Assembly (NCBI GenBank): GCA_964016885.1
Contig: OZ024744.1
Coordinates: 133,548,001-133,612,000 of the forward strand
Origin: Eledone cirrhosa
Taxonomy: Eukaryota
Reading direction: 5' to 3'
Length of the DNA stretch: 64,000 nucleotides
Below the pieces are notes generated by a model that saw only the letters and a list, made by a program, of their open reading frames with translations, did not search any database and was not told where the DNA came from. Positions 33,701 to 45,900 of the stretch are shown in pieces (position 1 is the stretch's first letter; every line of letters starts with the position of its first letter). A program made the translations under genes and the position numbers.

Positions 33701-36700
33701 ATTTAAGTTGGGGTTTATTTAAGATGGGGTTACGTTAAGTTGGTATTAAGTTAAGTTGGGGTTAATTTAAGTTGGGGTTAATTAAGTTGGGGTTAAGTTA
33801 AGTTGGGGTTAAGTTAAGTTAGGGCTAAGTTAAGTTGGGGCTGAGTTAAGTTGGGGTTAAGTTAAGTTGGGCTTAATTTAAGTCGGGGTTAAGTTAAGTT
33901 AGGGTTCAGTTAAGTTGGGGTTAAGTTAAGTTGGGGTTGAGTTAACTTGGGGTTGAGTTAAATTGGGGTTGAGTTAAGTTGGGGTTGAGTTAAGTTGGGG
34001 CTAAGTTAAGTTGGGGCTGAGTTAAGTTGGGGCTGAGTTAAGTTGGGGTTAAGTTAAGTTGGGGTTGAGTTAAGTTGGGGTTAAGTTAAGTTGGGGTCAA
34101 GTTAAGTTGGGGTTAAGTTGGGGTTAAGTTAAGTTGGGGTTAAGTTAAGTTGGGGTTAAGTTAAGTTGGGGTTAAGTTAAGTTGGGGTTAATTTAAGTTG
34201 GGGTTAAGTTAAGTTGGGGTTAAGTTAAGTTGGGGTTAAGTTAAGATGGGGTTAAGTTAAGTTGGGGTTAAGTTAAGTTGAGGTTAAGTTAAGTTGGGGT
34301 TAAATTAAGTTGGGGTTAAGTTAAGTTGGGGTTAAGTTAAGTTGGGGTTAAGTTAAGTTGGGGATAAGTTAAGTTGGGGATAATTTAAGTTGGGGTTAAG
34401 TTAAGTTGGGTTTAAGTTAAATTGGGGTTAAGTTAAGTTGGGGTTAAGTTAAGTTGGGGTTAAGTTAAGTTGGGGTTAAGTTAAGTTGGGGTTAAGTTAA
34501 GTTGGGGCTAAGTTAAGTTGGGGCTGAGTTAAGTTGGGGTTAAGTTAAGTTGGGGTTAAGTTAAGTTGGGGTTAAGTTAAGTTGGGGTTTATTTAAGTTG
34601 GGGTTAATTTAAGTTGGGGTTCAGTTAAGTTGGGGTTAAGTTAAGTTGGGGTTAAGATGGGGTTAAATTAAGTTGGGGTTAAGTTAAGTTGGGGTTAAGT
34701 TAAGTTGGGGTTAAGTTAAGTTGGGGTTAAGTTAAGTCGGGGTTAAGTTAAGTCGGGGTTAAGTTAAGTTAGGGTTCAGTTAAGTTGGGGTTAAGTTAAG
34801 TTGGGGTTGAGTTAAGTTGGGGTTGAGTTAAATTGGGGTTGAGTTAAGTTGGGGTTGAGTTAAGTTGGTGTTGAGTTAAGTTGGGGTTAAGTTAAGTTGG
34901 GGTTAAGTTAAGTTGGGGTTAATTTAAGTTGGGGTTCAGTTAAGTTGGGGTTCAGTTAAGTTGGGGATAAGTTAAGTTGGGGTTAAGTTAAGTTGGGGTT
35001 AAGTTAAGTTGGGGTTAAGTTAAGTTGGTGTTAAGTTAAGTTGGGGCTAAGTTAAGTTGGGGCTGAGTTAAGTTGGGGCTGAGTTAAGTTGGGGTTAAGT
35101 TAAGTTGGGGTTGAGTTAAGTTGGGGTTAAGTTAAGTTGGGGTCAAGTTAAGTTGGGGTTAAGTTGGGGTTAAGTTAAGTTAGGTTTAAGTTAAGTTGGG
35201 GTTAAGTTAAGTTGGGGTTACGTTAAGTTGGTGTTAAGTTAAGTTGGGGTTAATTTAAGTTGGGGTTAATTAAGTTGGGGTTAAGTTAAGTTGGGGTTAA
35301 GTTAAGTTGGGGTTAATTTAAGTTGGGGTTGAGTTAAGTTGGGGTTAAGTTAAGTTGGGGTTATATTAAGTTGGGGTTAAGTTAAGTTGGGGTTCAGTTA
35401 AGTTGGGGATAAGTTAAGTTGGGGTTAAGTTAAGTTGGGGTTAAGTTAAGTTGGGGTTAAGTTAAGTTGGTGTTAAGTTAAGTTGGGGCTAAGTTAAGTT
35501 GGGGCTGAGTTAAGTTGGGGCTGAGTTAAGTTGGGGTTAAGTTAAGTTGGGGTTGAGTTAAGTTGGGGTTAAGTTAAGTTGGGGTTAAGTTGGGGTTAAG
35601 TTAAGTTGGTGTTAAGTTAAGTTGGGGCTAAGTTAAGTTGGGGCTGAGTTAAGTTGGGGCTGAGTGAAGTTGGGGTTAAGTTAAGTTGGGGTTGAGTTAA
35701 GTTGGGGTTAAGTTAAGTTGGGGTCAAGTTAAGTTGGGGTTAAGTTGGGGTTAAGTTAAGTTAGGTTTAAGTTAAGTTGGGGTTAAGTTAAGTTGGGGTT
35801 AAGTTAAGTTGGGGTTAAGTTAAGTTGGGGTTAAGTTAAGTTGGGGTTAAGTTAATTTGTGGTTAAGTTAAGTTGGGGTTAAGTTAAGTTGGGGTTAAGT
35901 TAAGTTGGGGTTAATTTAAGTCGGGGTTAAGTTAAGTTGGGGTTAAGTTAAGTTGGGGTTAATTTAAGTTGGGGTTAAGTTAAGTTGGGGCTAATTTAAG
36001 TTGGGGTTAAGTTAAGTTGGGGTTAAGTTAAGTTGGTGTTAAGTTAAGTTGAGGTTAAGTTAAGTTGGGGTTAAATTAAGTTGGGGTTAAGTTAAGTTGG
36101 GGTTAAGTTAAGTTGGGGTTGAGTTAAGTTGGGGCTAAGTTAAGTTGGGGCTGAGTTAAGTTGGGGCTGAGTTAAGTTGGGGTTAAGTTAAGTTGGGGTT
36201 GAGTTAAGTTGGGGTTAAGTTAAGTTGGGGTCAAGTTAAGTTGGGGTTAAGTTGGGGTTAAGTTAAGTTGGGGTTAAGTTAAGTTGGGGTTAAGTTAAGA
36301 TGGGGTTAAGTTAAGTTGGGGTTAAGTTAAGTTGAGGTTAAGTTAAGTTGGGGTTAAATTAAGTTGGGGTTAAGTTAAGTTGGGGTTAAGTTAAGTTGGG
36401 GTTAAGTTAAGTTGGGGATAAGTTAAGTTGGGGATAATTTAAGTTGGGGTTAAGTTAAGTTGGGTTTAAGTTAAATTGGGGTTAACTTAAGTTGGGGTTA
36501 AGTTAAGTTGGGGTTAAGTTAAGTTGGGGTTAAGTTAAGTTGGGGTTAAGTTAAGTTGGGGCTAAGTTAAGTTGGGGCTGAGTTAAGTTGGGGTTAAGTT
36601 AAGTTGGGGTTAAGTTAAGTTGGGGTTAAGTTAAGTTGGGGTTTATTTAAGTTGGGGTTAATTTAAGTTGGGGTTCAGTTAAGTTGGGGTTAAGTTAAGT

Positions 36701-39700
36701 TGGGGTTAAGATGGGGTTAAATTAAGTTGGGGTTAAGTTAAGTTGGGGTTAAGTTAAGTTGGGGTTAAGTTAAGTTGGGGTTAAGTTAAGTCGGGGTTAT
36801 GTTAAGTCGGGGTTAAGTTAAGTTAGGGTTCAGTTAAGTTGGGGTTAAGTTAAGTTGGGGTTGAGTTAAGTTGGGGTTGAGTTAAATTGGGGTTGAGTTA
36901 AGTTGGGGTTGAGTTAAGTTGGTGTTGAGTTAAGTTGGGGTTAAGTTAAGTTGGGGTTAAGTTAAGTTGGGGTTAATTTAAGTTGGGGTTCAGTTAAGTT
37001 GGGGTTCAGTTAAGTTGGGGATAAGTTAAGTTGGGGTTAAGTTAAGTTGGGGTTAAGTTAAGTTGGGGTTAATTTAAGTTTGGGTTAAGTTAAGTTGGGG
37101 CTAAGTTAAGTTGGGGCTGAGTTAAGTTGGGGCTGAGTTAAGTTGGGGTTAAGTTAAGTTGGGGTTGAGTTAAGTTGGGGTTAAGTTAAGTTGGGGTCAA
37201 GTTAAGTTGGGGTTAAGTTGGGGTTAAGTTAAGTTAGGTTTAAGTTAAGTTGGGGTTAAGTTAAGTTGGGGTTACGTTAAGTTGGTGTTAAGTTAAGTTG
37301 GGGTTAATTTAAGTTGGGGTTAATTAAGTTGGGGTTAAGTTAAGTTGGGGTTAAGTTAAGTTGGGGTTAATTTAAGTTGGGGTTAAGTTGGGGTTAAGTT
37401 AAGTTGGGGTTAAGTTAAGTTGGGGTTAAGTTAATTTGTGGTTAAGTTAAGTTGGGGTTAAGTTAAGTTGGGGTTAAGTTAAGTTGGGGTTAAGTTAAGT
37501 CGGGGTTAAGTTAAGTTGGGGTTAAGATGGGGTTAAATTAAGTTGGGGTTAAGTTAAGTTGGGGTTAAGTTAAGTTGGTGATAAGTTAAGTTGGGGTTAA
37601 GTTAAGTTGGGGTTAAGTTAAGTTTGGGTTAAGTTAAGTTGGTGTTAAGTTAAGTTGGGGCTAAGTTAAGTTGGGGCTGAGTTAAGTTGGGGCTGAGTGA
37701 AGTTGGGGTTAAGTTAAGTTGGGGTTGAGTTAAGTTGGGGTTAAGTTAAGTTGGGGTCAAGTTAAGTTGGGGTTAAGTTGGGGTTAAGTTAAGTTAGGTT
37801 TAAGTTAAGTTGGGGTTAAGTTAAGTTGGGGTTAAGTTAAGTTCGGGTTAAGTTAAGTTGGGGTTAAGTTAAGTTGGGGTTAAGTTAATTTGTGGTTAAG
37901 TTAAGTTGGGGTTAAGTTAAGTTGGGGTTAAGTTAAGTCGGGGTTAAGTTAAGTTGGGGTTAAGTTAAGTTGGGGTTAATTTAAGTTGGGGTTAAGTTAA
38001 GTTGGGGCTAATTTAAGTTGGGGTTAAGTTAAGTTGGGGTTAAGTTAAGTTGGGGTTAAGTTAAGTTGGGGTTAAGTTAAGTTGGGGTTAATTTAAGTCG
38101 GGGTTAAGTTAAGTTGGGGTTAAGTTAAGTTGGGGTTAATTTAAGTTGGGGTTAAGTTAAGTTGGGGCTAATTTAAGTTGGGGTTAAGTTAAGTTGGGGT
38201 TAAGTTAAGTTGGGGTTAAGTTAAGTTGAGGTTAAGTTAAGTTGGGGTTAAATTAAGTTGGGGTTAAGTTAAGTTGGGGTTAAGTTAAGTTGGGGTTAAG
38301 TTAAGTTGGGGATAAGTTAAGTTGGGGATAGTTTAAGTTGGGGTTAAGTTAAGTTGGGTTTAAGTTAAGTTGGGGTTAAGTTAAGTTGGGGATAAGTTAA
38401 GTTGGGGTTAAGTTAAGTTGGGGTTAAGTTAAGTTGGGGTTAAGTTAAGTTGGGGCTAAGTTAAGTTGGGGCTGAGTTAAGTTGGGGTTAAGTTAAGTTG
38501 GGGTTAAGTTAAGTTGGGGTTAATTTAAGTTGGGGTTTATTTAAGATGGGGTTACGTTAAGTTGGTATTAAGTTAAGTTGGGGTTAATTTAAGTTGGGGT
38601 TAATTAAGTTGGGGTTAAGTTAAGTTGGGGTTAAGTTAAGTTAGGGCTAAGTTAAGTTGGGGCTGAGTTAAGTTGGGGTTAAGTTAAGTTGGGCTTAATT
38701 TAAGTCGGGGTTAAGTTAAGTTAGGGTTCAGTTAAGTTGGGGTTAAGTTAAGTTGGGGTTGAGTTAACTTGGGGTTGAGTTAAATTGGGGTTGAGTTAAG
38801 TTGGGGTTGAGTTAAGTTGGGGCTAAGTTAAGTTGGGGCTGAGTTAAGTTGGGGCTGAGTTAAGTTGGGGTTAAGTTAAGTTGGGCTCAAGTTAAGTTGG
38901 GGTTAAGTTGGGGTTAAGTTAAGTTGGGGTTAAGTTAAGTTGGGGTTAAGTTAAGTCGGGGTTAAGTTAAGTTGGGGTTAAGTTAAGTTGGGGTTAAGTT
39001 AAGTTGGGGTTTATTTAAGTTGGGGTTAATTTAAGTTGGGGTTCAGTTAAGTTGGGGTTAAGTTAAGTTGGGGTTAAGATGGGGTTAAATTAAGTTGGGG
39101 TTAAGTTAAGTTGGGGTTAAGTTAAGTTGGGGTTAAGTTAAGTTGGGGTTAAGTTAAGTCGGGGTTAAGTTAAGTCGGGGTTAAGTTAAGTTAGGGTTCA
39201 GTTAAGTTGGGGTTAAGTTAAGTTGGGGTTGAGTTAAGTTGGGGTTGAGTTAAATTGGGGTTGAGTTAAGTTGGGGTTGAGTTAAGTTGGTGTTGAGTTA
39301 AGTTGGGGTTAAGTTAAGTTGGGGTTAAGTTAAGTTGGGGTTAATTTAAGTTGGGGTTCAGTTAAGTTGGGGTTCAGTTAAGTTGGGGATAAGTTAAGTT
39401 GGGGTTAAGTTAAGTTGGGGTTAAGTTAAGTTGGGGTTAAGTTAAGTTGGTGTTAAGTTAAGTTGGGGCTAAGTTAAGTTGGGGCTGAGTTAAGTTGGGG
39501 CTGAGTTAAGTTGGGGTTAAGTTAAGTTGGGGTTGAGTTAAGTTGGGGTTAAGTTAAGTTGGGGTCAAGTTAAGTTGGGGTTAAGTTGGGGTTAAGTTAA
39601 GTTAGGTTTAAGTTAAGTTGGGGTTAAGTTAAGTTGCGGTTACGTTAAGTTGGTGTTAAGTTAAGTTGGGGTTAATTTAAGTTGGGGTTAATTAAGTTGG

Positions 39701-39999
39701 GGTTAAGTTAAGTTGGGGTTAAGTTAAGTTGGGGTTAATTTAAGTTGGGGTTGAGTTAAGTTGGGGTTAAGTTAAGTTGGGGTTATATTAAGTTGGGGTT
39801 AAGTTAAGTTGGGGTTCAGTTAAGTTGGGGATAAGTTAAGTTGGGGTTAAGTTAAGTTGGGGTTAAATTAAGTTGGGGTTAAGTTAAGTTGGTGTTAAGT
39901 TAAGTTGGGGCTAAGTTAAGTTGGGGCTGAGTTAAGTTGGGGCTGAGTTAAGTTGGGGTTAAGTTAAGTTGGGGTTGAGTTAAGTTGGGGTTAAGTTAA

Positions 40000-42900
40000 G
40001 TTGGGGTTAAGTTGGGGTTAAGTTAAGTTGGTGTTAAGTTAAGTTGGGGCTAAGTTAAGTTGGGGCTGAGTTAAGTTGGGGCTGAGTGAAGTTGGGGTTA
40101 AGTTAAGTTGGGGTTGAGTTAAGTTGGGGTTAATTTAAGTTGGGGCTAAGTTAATTTGTGGTTAAGTTAAGTTGGGGTTAAGTTAAGTTGGGGTTAAGTT
40201 AAGTTGGGGTTGAGTTAAGTTGGGGTTGAGTTAATTTAGGGTTAAGTTAAGTTGGGGTTAAGTTAAGTTGGGTTTAAGTTAAGTTGGGGTTAAATTAAGT
40301 TGGGGTTAAGTTAAGTTGGGGGTAAGTTAAGTTGGGGGCAAGTTAAGTTGGGGTTAAGTTAAGTTGGGGTTGAATTAAGTTGGGGTTAAGTTAAGTTGGT
40401 GTTAAGTTAAGTTGGGGTTTATTTAAGTTGGGGTTAATTAAGTTGGGGTTAAGTTAAGTTGGGGTTAAGTTAAGTTGGGGTTAATTTAAGTTGGGGTTTA
40501 GTTAAGTTGGGGTTAAGTTAAGTTGGGTTTATATTAAGTTGGGGTTAAGTTAAGTTGGGGTTAAGTTAAGTTGGGGTTCAGTTAAGTTGCGGTTAATTTA
40601 AGTTGGGGTTAAGTTAAGTTGGGGTTAAGTTAAGTTGGGGTTAAGTTAAGTTGGGGTTAAGTTAAGTTGGTGTTAAGTTAAGTTGGGGCTAAGTTAAGTT
40701 GGGGACTGAGTTAAGTTGGGGCTGAGTTAAGTTGGGGTTAAGTTAAGTTGGGGTTGAGTTAAGTTGGGGTTTAGTTAAGTTGGGGTTAAGTTAAGTTGGG
40801 GTTAATTTAAGTTGGGGTTAAGTTAAGTTGCGGGTGATTTAAGTTGAGGTTAAGTTAAGTTGGGGTTAAGTTAAGTTGGGGTTAAGTTAAGTTGGGGTTA
40901 AGTTAAGTTGGGGTTAATTTAAGTTGGGGGAAAGTTAAGTTGGGGGTAAGTTAAGTTGGGGGTAAGTTAAGTTGGGGTTAAGTTAAGTTGGGGTTAAGTT
41001 AAGTTAGGGTTAAGTTAAGTTGGGGTTGAGTTAAGTTGGGGTTAAGTTAAGTTGGGGTTATTTTAAGTTGGGGTTAAGTTAAGTTGCGGTTAAGTTAAGT
41101 TGGGGTTAAGTTAAGTTGGGGTTAAGTTAAATTGGGGTTAAGTTAAGTTGGGGTTAAGTTAAGTTGGGGTTAAGTTAAGTTGGGGTTAAGTTAGATTGTG
41201 GTTAAGTTAAGTTGGGGTTAAGTTAAGTTGGGGTTAAGTTAAGTTGGGGTTAAGTTAAGGCGGGGTTAAGTTGAGTTGGGGTTAAGTTAAGTTGGGGTTA
41301 AGTTAAGTTGGGGTTAACTTAAGTTGGGGGTACTTAAGTTGGGTTTAAGTTAAGTGGGGTTAAGTTAAGTTGGGGTTAAGTTAAGTTGGGGTTAAGTTAA
41401 GTTGGGGTTAAGTTAGGTTGTGGTTAAATTAAGTTGGGGGTAAGTTAAGTTGGGGGTAAGTTAAGTTGGGGTTAATTTAAGTTGGGTCTAATTAAGTTGG
41501 GGTTAAGTTAAGTTGGGGTTAAGTTAAGTTGGGGTTGAGTTAATTTGGGGTTAACTTAAGTTGGGGGTACTTAAGTTGGGTTTAAGTTAAGTGGGGTTAA
41601 GTTAAGTTGGGGTTAAGTTAAGTTGGGGTTAAATTAAGTTGGGGGTAAGTTAAGTTGGGGGTAAGTTAAGTTGGGGTTAATTTAAGTTGGGTCAAATTAA
41701 GTTGGGGTTAATTTAAGTTGGGGTTAAGTTAAGTTGGGGTTAAATTAAGTTGGGGTTAAGTTAAGTTGGGGTTAAATTAAGTTGGGGTTAAGTTAAGTTG
41801 GGGTTAAGTTAAGTTGGGGTTAAGTTAAGTTGGGGGTAAGGTAAGTTGGTGGTAGTTAAGTTGGGGGTAAGTTAAGATGGGGTTAAGTTAAGTTGGGGTT
41901 AAGTTAATTTGGGGTTAAGTTAGGGTTAAGTTAAGTTGGGTTGAGTTAAGTTGGGGTTAAATTAAGTTGGGGTTAAGTTAAGTTGGGGTTAGGTTAAGTT
42001 GGGGTTAAGTTAAGTTGGGGTTAAGTTAGGTTGTGGTTAAGTTAAGTTGGGGGTAAGTTAAGTTGGGGGTAAGTTAAGTTGGGGTTAATTTAAGTTGGGT
42101 TTAATTAAGTTGGGGTTAAGTTAAGTTGGGGTTAAGTTAAGTTGGGGTTAAATTAAGTTGGGGTTAAGTTAAGTTGAGGTTAAATTAAGTTGGGGTTAAG
42201 TTAAGATGGGGTTAAGTTAAGTTGGGGTTAAGTTAAGTTGGGGTTAAATTAAGTTGGGGTTAAATTAAGTTGGGGTTAAGTTAAGTTGGGGGTAAGTTAA
42301 GTTGGGGGCAAGTTAAGTTGGGGTTAAGTTAAGTTGGGGTTAAATTAAGTTGGGGTTAAGTTAAGTTGGGGTTATGTTAAGTTGGGGTTATGTTAAGTTG
42401 GGGTTAAGTTAAGTTGGGGTTGAGTTAAGTTGGGGTTGAGTGAAGTTGGGGTTAAGTTAAGTTGGGGTTAATTTATGTTGGGGTTAAGTTAAGTCGGGGT
42501 TAAGTTAAGTTGGGGTTGAGTTAAGTTGGGGTTGAGTTAAGTTGGGGTTGAGTTAATTTAGGTTTAAGTTAAGTTGGGGTTAAGTTAAGTTGGGTTTAAG
42601 TTAAGTTGGGGTTAAATTAAGTTGGGGTTAAGTTAAGTTGGGGGTAAGTGAAGTTGGGGGCAAGTTAAGTTGGGGTTAAGTTAAGTTGGGGTTGAATTAA
42701 GTTAGGGTTAAGTTAAGTTGGTGTTAAGTTAAGTTGGGGTTTATTTAAGTTGGGGTTAATTAAGTTGGGGTTAAGTTAAGTTGGGGTTAAGTTAAGTTGG
42801 GTTTATATTAAGTTGGGGTTAAGTTAAGTAGGGGTTAAGTTAAGTTGGGGTTCAGTTAAGTTGCGGTTAATTTAAGTTGGGGTTAAGTTAAGTTGGGGTT

Positions 42901-45900
42901 AAGTTAAGTTGGGGTTAAGTTAAGTTGGGGTTAAGTTAAGTTGGTGTTAAGTTAAGTTGGGGCTAAGTTAAGTTGGGGCTGAGTTAAGTTGGGGCTGAGT
43001 TAAGTTGGGGTTAAGTTAAGTTGGGGTTGAGTTAAGTTGGGGTTAAGTTAAGTTGGGGTTAAGTTAAGTTGGGGTTAAGTTAAGTTAGGGTTTAGTTAAG
43101 TTGGGGTTCAGTTAAGTTGGGGTTAAGTTAAGTTTGGGTTAAGTTGGGGTTAAATTAATTTGGGGTTAAGTTAAGTTGGGGTTTAGTTAAGTTGGGGTTA
43201 AGTTAAGTTGGGGTTAATTTAAGTTGGGGTTAAGTTAAGTTGCGGGTGATTTAAGTTGGGGTTAAGTTAAGTTGGGGTTAAGTTAAGTTGGGGTTAAGTT
43301 AAGTTGGGGGAAAGTTAAGTTGGGGGTAAGTTAAGTTGGGGGTAAGTTAAGTTGGGGTTAAGTTAAGTTGGGGTTAAGTTAAGTTAGGGTTAAGTTAAGT
43401 TGGGGTTGAGTTAAGTTGGTGTTAATTTAAGTTGGGGTTAAGGCGGGGTTAAGTTGAGTTGGGGTTAAGTTAAGTTGGGGTTAAGTTAAGTTGGGGTTAA
43501 GTTAAGTTGGGGGTACTTAAGTTGGGTTTAAGTTAAGTGGGGTTAAGTTAAGTTGGGGTTAAGTTAAGTTGGGGTTAAGTTAAGTTGGGGTTAAGTTAGG
43601 TTGTGGTTAAGTTAAGTTGGGGGTAAGTTAAGTTGGGGGTAAGTTAAGTTGGGGTTAATTTAAGTTGGGTCTAATTAAGTTGGGGTTAAGTTAAGTTGGG
43701 GTTAAGTTAAGTTGGGGTTGAGTTAATTTGGGGTTAACTTAAGTTGGGTGTACTTAAGTTGGGTTTAAGTTAAGTGGGGTTAAGTTAAGTTGGGGTTAAG
43801 TTAAGTTGGGGTTAAGTTAAGTTGGGGGTAAGTTAAGTTGGGGGTAAGTTAAGTTGGGGTTAATTTAAGTTGGGTCAAATTAAGTTGGGGTTAATTTAAG
43901 TTGGGGTTAAGTTAAGTTGGGGTTAAATTAAGTTGGGGTTAAGTTAAGTTGGGGTTAAATTAAGTTGGGGTTAAGTTAAGTTGGGGTTAAGTTAAGTTGG
44001 GGTTAAGTTAAGTTGGGGGTAAGTTAAGTTGGTGGTAAGTTAAGTTGGGGGTAAGTTAAGATGGGGTTAAGTTAAGTTGGGGTTAAGTTAATTTGGGGTT
44101 AAGTTAGGGTTAAGTTAAGTTGGGTTGAGTTAAGTTGGGGTTAAATTAAGTTGGGGTTAAGTTAAGTTGGGGTTAAGTTAAGTTGGGGTTAAGTTAAGAT
44201 GGGGTTAAGTTAAGTTGGGGTTAAGTTGGGGTTAAGTTAAGTTAGGGTTAAGTTAAGTTGGGGTTAAGTTGAGTTGGGGTTAAGTTAAGTTGCGGTTAAT
44301 TTAAGTTGGGGTTAAGTTAAGTTGGGGTTAAGTTAAGTTGGGGTTAATTTAAGTTGGGGTTAAGTTAAGTTGGGGTTAAGTTAAGTTGGGGTTAAGTTAA
44401 GTTGGGGGTAAGTTAAGTTGGTGGTAAGTTAAGTTGGGGGTAAGTTAAGATGGGGTTAAGTTAAGTTGGGGTTAAGTTAATTTGGGGTTAAGTTAGGGTT
44501 AAGTTAAGTTGGGTTGAGTTAAGTTGGGGTTAAATTAAGTTGGGGTTAAGTTAAGTTGGGGTTAAGTTAAGTTGGGGTTAAGTTGGGGTTAAGTTAAGTT
44601 GGTGTTAAGTTAAGTTGGGGCTAAGTTAAGTTGGGGCTGAGTTAAGTTGGGGCTGAGTGAAGTTGGGGTTAAGTTAAGTTGGGGTTGAGTTAAGTTGGGG
44701 TTAATTTAAGTTGGGGCTAAGTTAATTTGTGGTTAAGTTAAGTTGGGGTTAAGTTAAGTTGGGGTTAAGTTAAGTTGGGGTTGAGTTAAGTTGGGGTTGA
44801 GTTAATTTAGGGTTAAGTTAAGTTGGGGTTAAGTTAAGTTGGGTTTAAGTTAAGTTGGGGTTAAATTAAGTTGGGGTTAAGTTAAGTTGGGGGTAAGTTA
44901 AGTTGGGGGCAAGTTAAGTTGGGGTTAAGTTAAGTTGGGGTTGAATTAAGTTGGGGTTAAGTTAAGTTGGTGTTAAGTTAAGTTGGGGTTTATTTAAGTT
45001 GGGGTTAATTAAGTTGGGGTTAAGTTAAGTTGGGGTTAAGTTAAGTTGGGGTTAATTTAAGTTGGGGTTTAGTTAAGTTGGGGTTAAGTTAAGTTGGGTT
45101 TATATTAAGTTGGGGTTAAGTTAAGTTGGGGTTAAGTTAAGTTGGGGTTCAGTTAAGTTGCGGTTAATTTAAGTTGGGGTTAAGTTAAGTTGGGGTTAAG
45201 TTAAGTTGGGGTTAAGTTAAGTTGGGGTTAAGTTAAGTTGGTGTTAAGTTAAGTTGGGGCTAAGTTAAGTTGGGGCTGAGTTAAGTTGGGGCTGAGTTAA
45301 GTTGGGGTTAAGTTAAGTTGGGGTTGAGTTAAGTTGGGGTTTAGTTAAGTTGGGGTTAAGTTAAGTTGGGGTTAATTTAAGTTGGGGTTAAGTTAAGTTG
45401 CGGGTGATTTAAGTTGAGGTTAAGTTAAGTTGGGGTTAAGTTAAGTTGGGGTTAAGTTAAGTTGGGGTTAAGTTAAGTTGGGGTTAATTTAAGTTGGGGG
45501 AAAGTTAAGTTGGGGGCAAGTTAAGTTGGGGGTAAGTTAAGTTGGGGTTAAGTTAAGTTGGGGTTAAGTTAAGTTAGGGTTAAGTTAAGTTGGGGTTGAG
45601 TTAAGTTGGGGTTAAGTTAAGTTGGGGTTATTTTAAGTTGGGGTTAAGTTAAGTTGCGGTTAAGTTAAGTTGGGGTTAAGTTAAGTTGGGGTTAAGTTAA
45701 ATTGGGGTTAAGTTAAGTTGGGGTTAAGTTAAGTTGGGGTTAAGTTAAGTTGGGGTTAAGTTAGATTGTGGTTAAGTTAAGTTGGGGTTAAGTTAAGTTG
45801 GGGTTAAGTTAAGTTGGGGTTAAGTTAAGGCGGGGTTAAGTTGAGTTGGGGTTAAGTTAAGTTGGGGTTAAGTTAAGTTGGGGTTAACTTAAGTTGGGGG

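Larger units (their letters stand above)
20130..40110 (+). repeat. Variant domain B of the array, containing all three inversions
   Basis: Diagnostic variants GGGGATAA, GGTTACGTTAAG, GGGGTCAAG, TTAGGTTTAAG and GGGCTTAATTTAAGTCGGGG. The domain A markers were not seen here by eye. Confidence 0.8.

Noticed and set aside
40701-40710. Single A insertion (GGGGACTGAG) making a 17-bp unit
   Set aside because: It is private to one copy and absent from the homologous positions at about 45275, 53775 and 62340. It cannot be told from a sequencing error.
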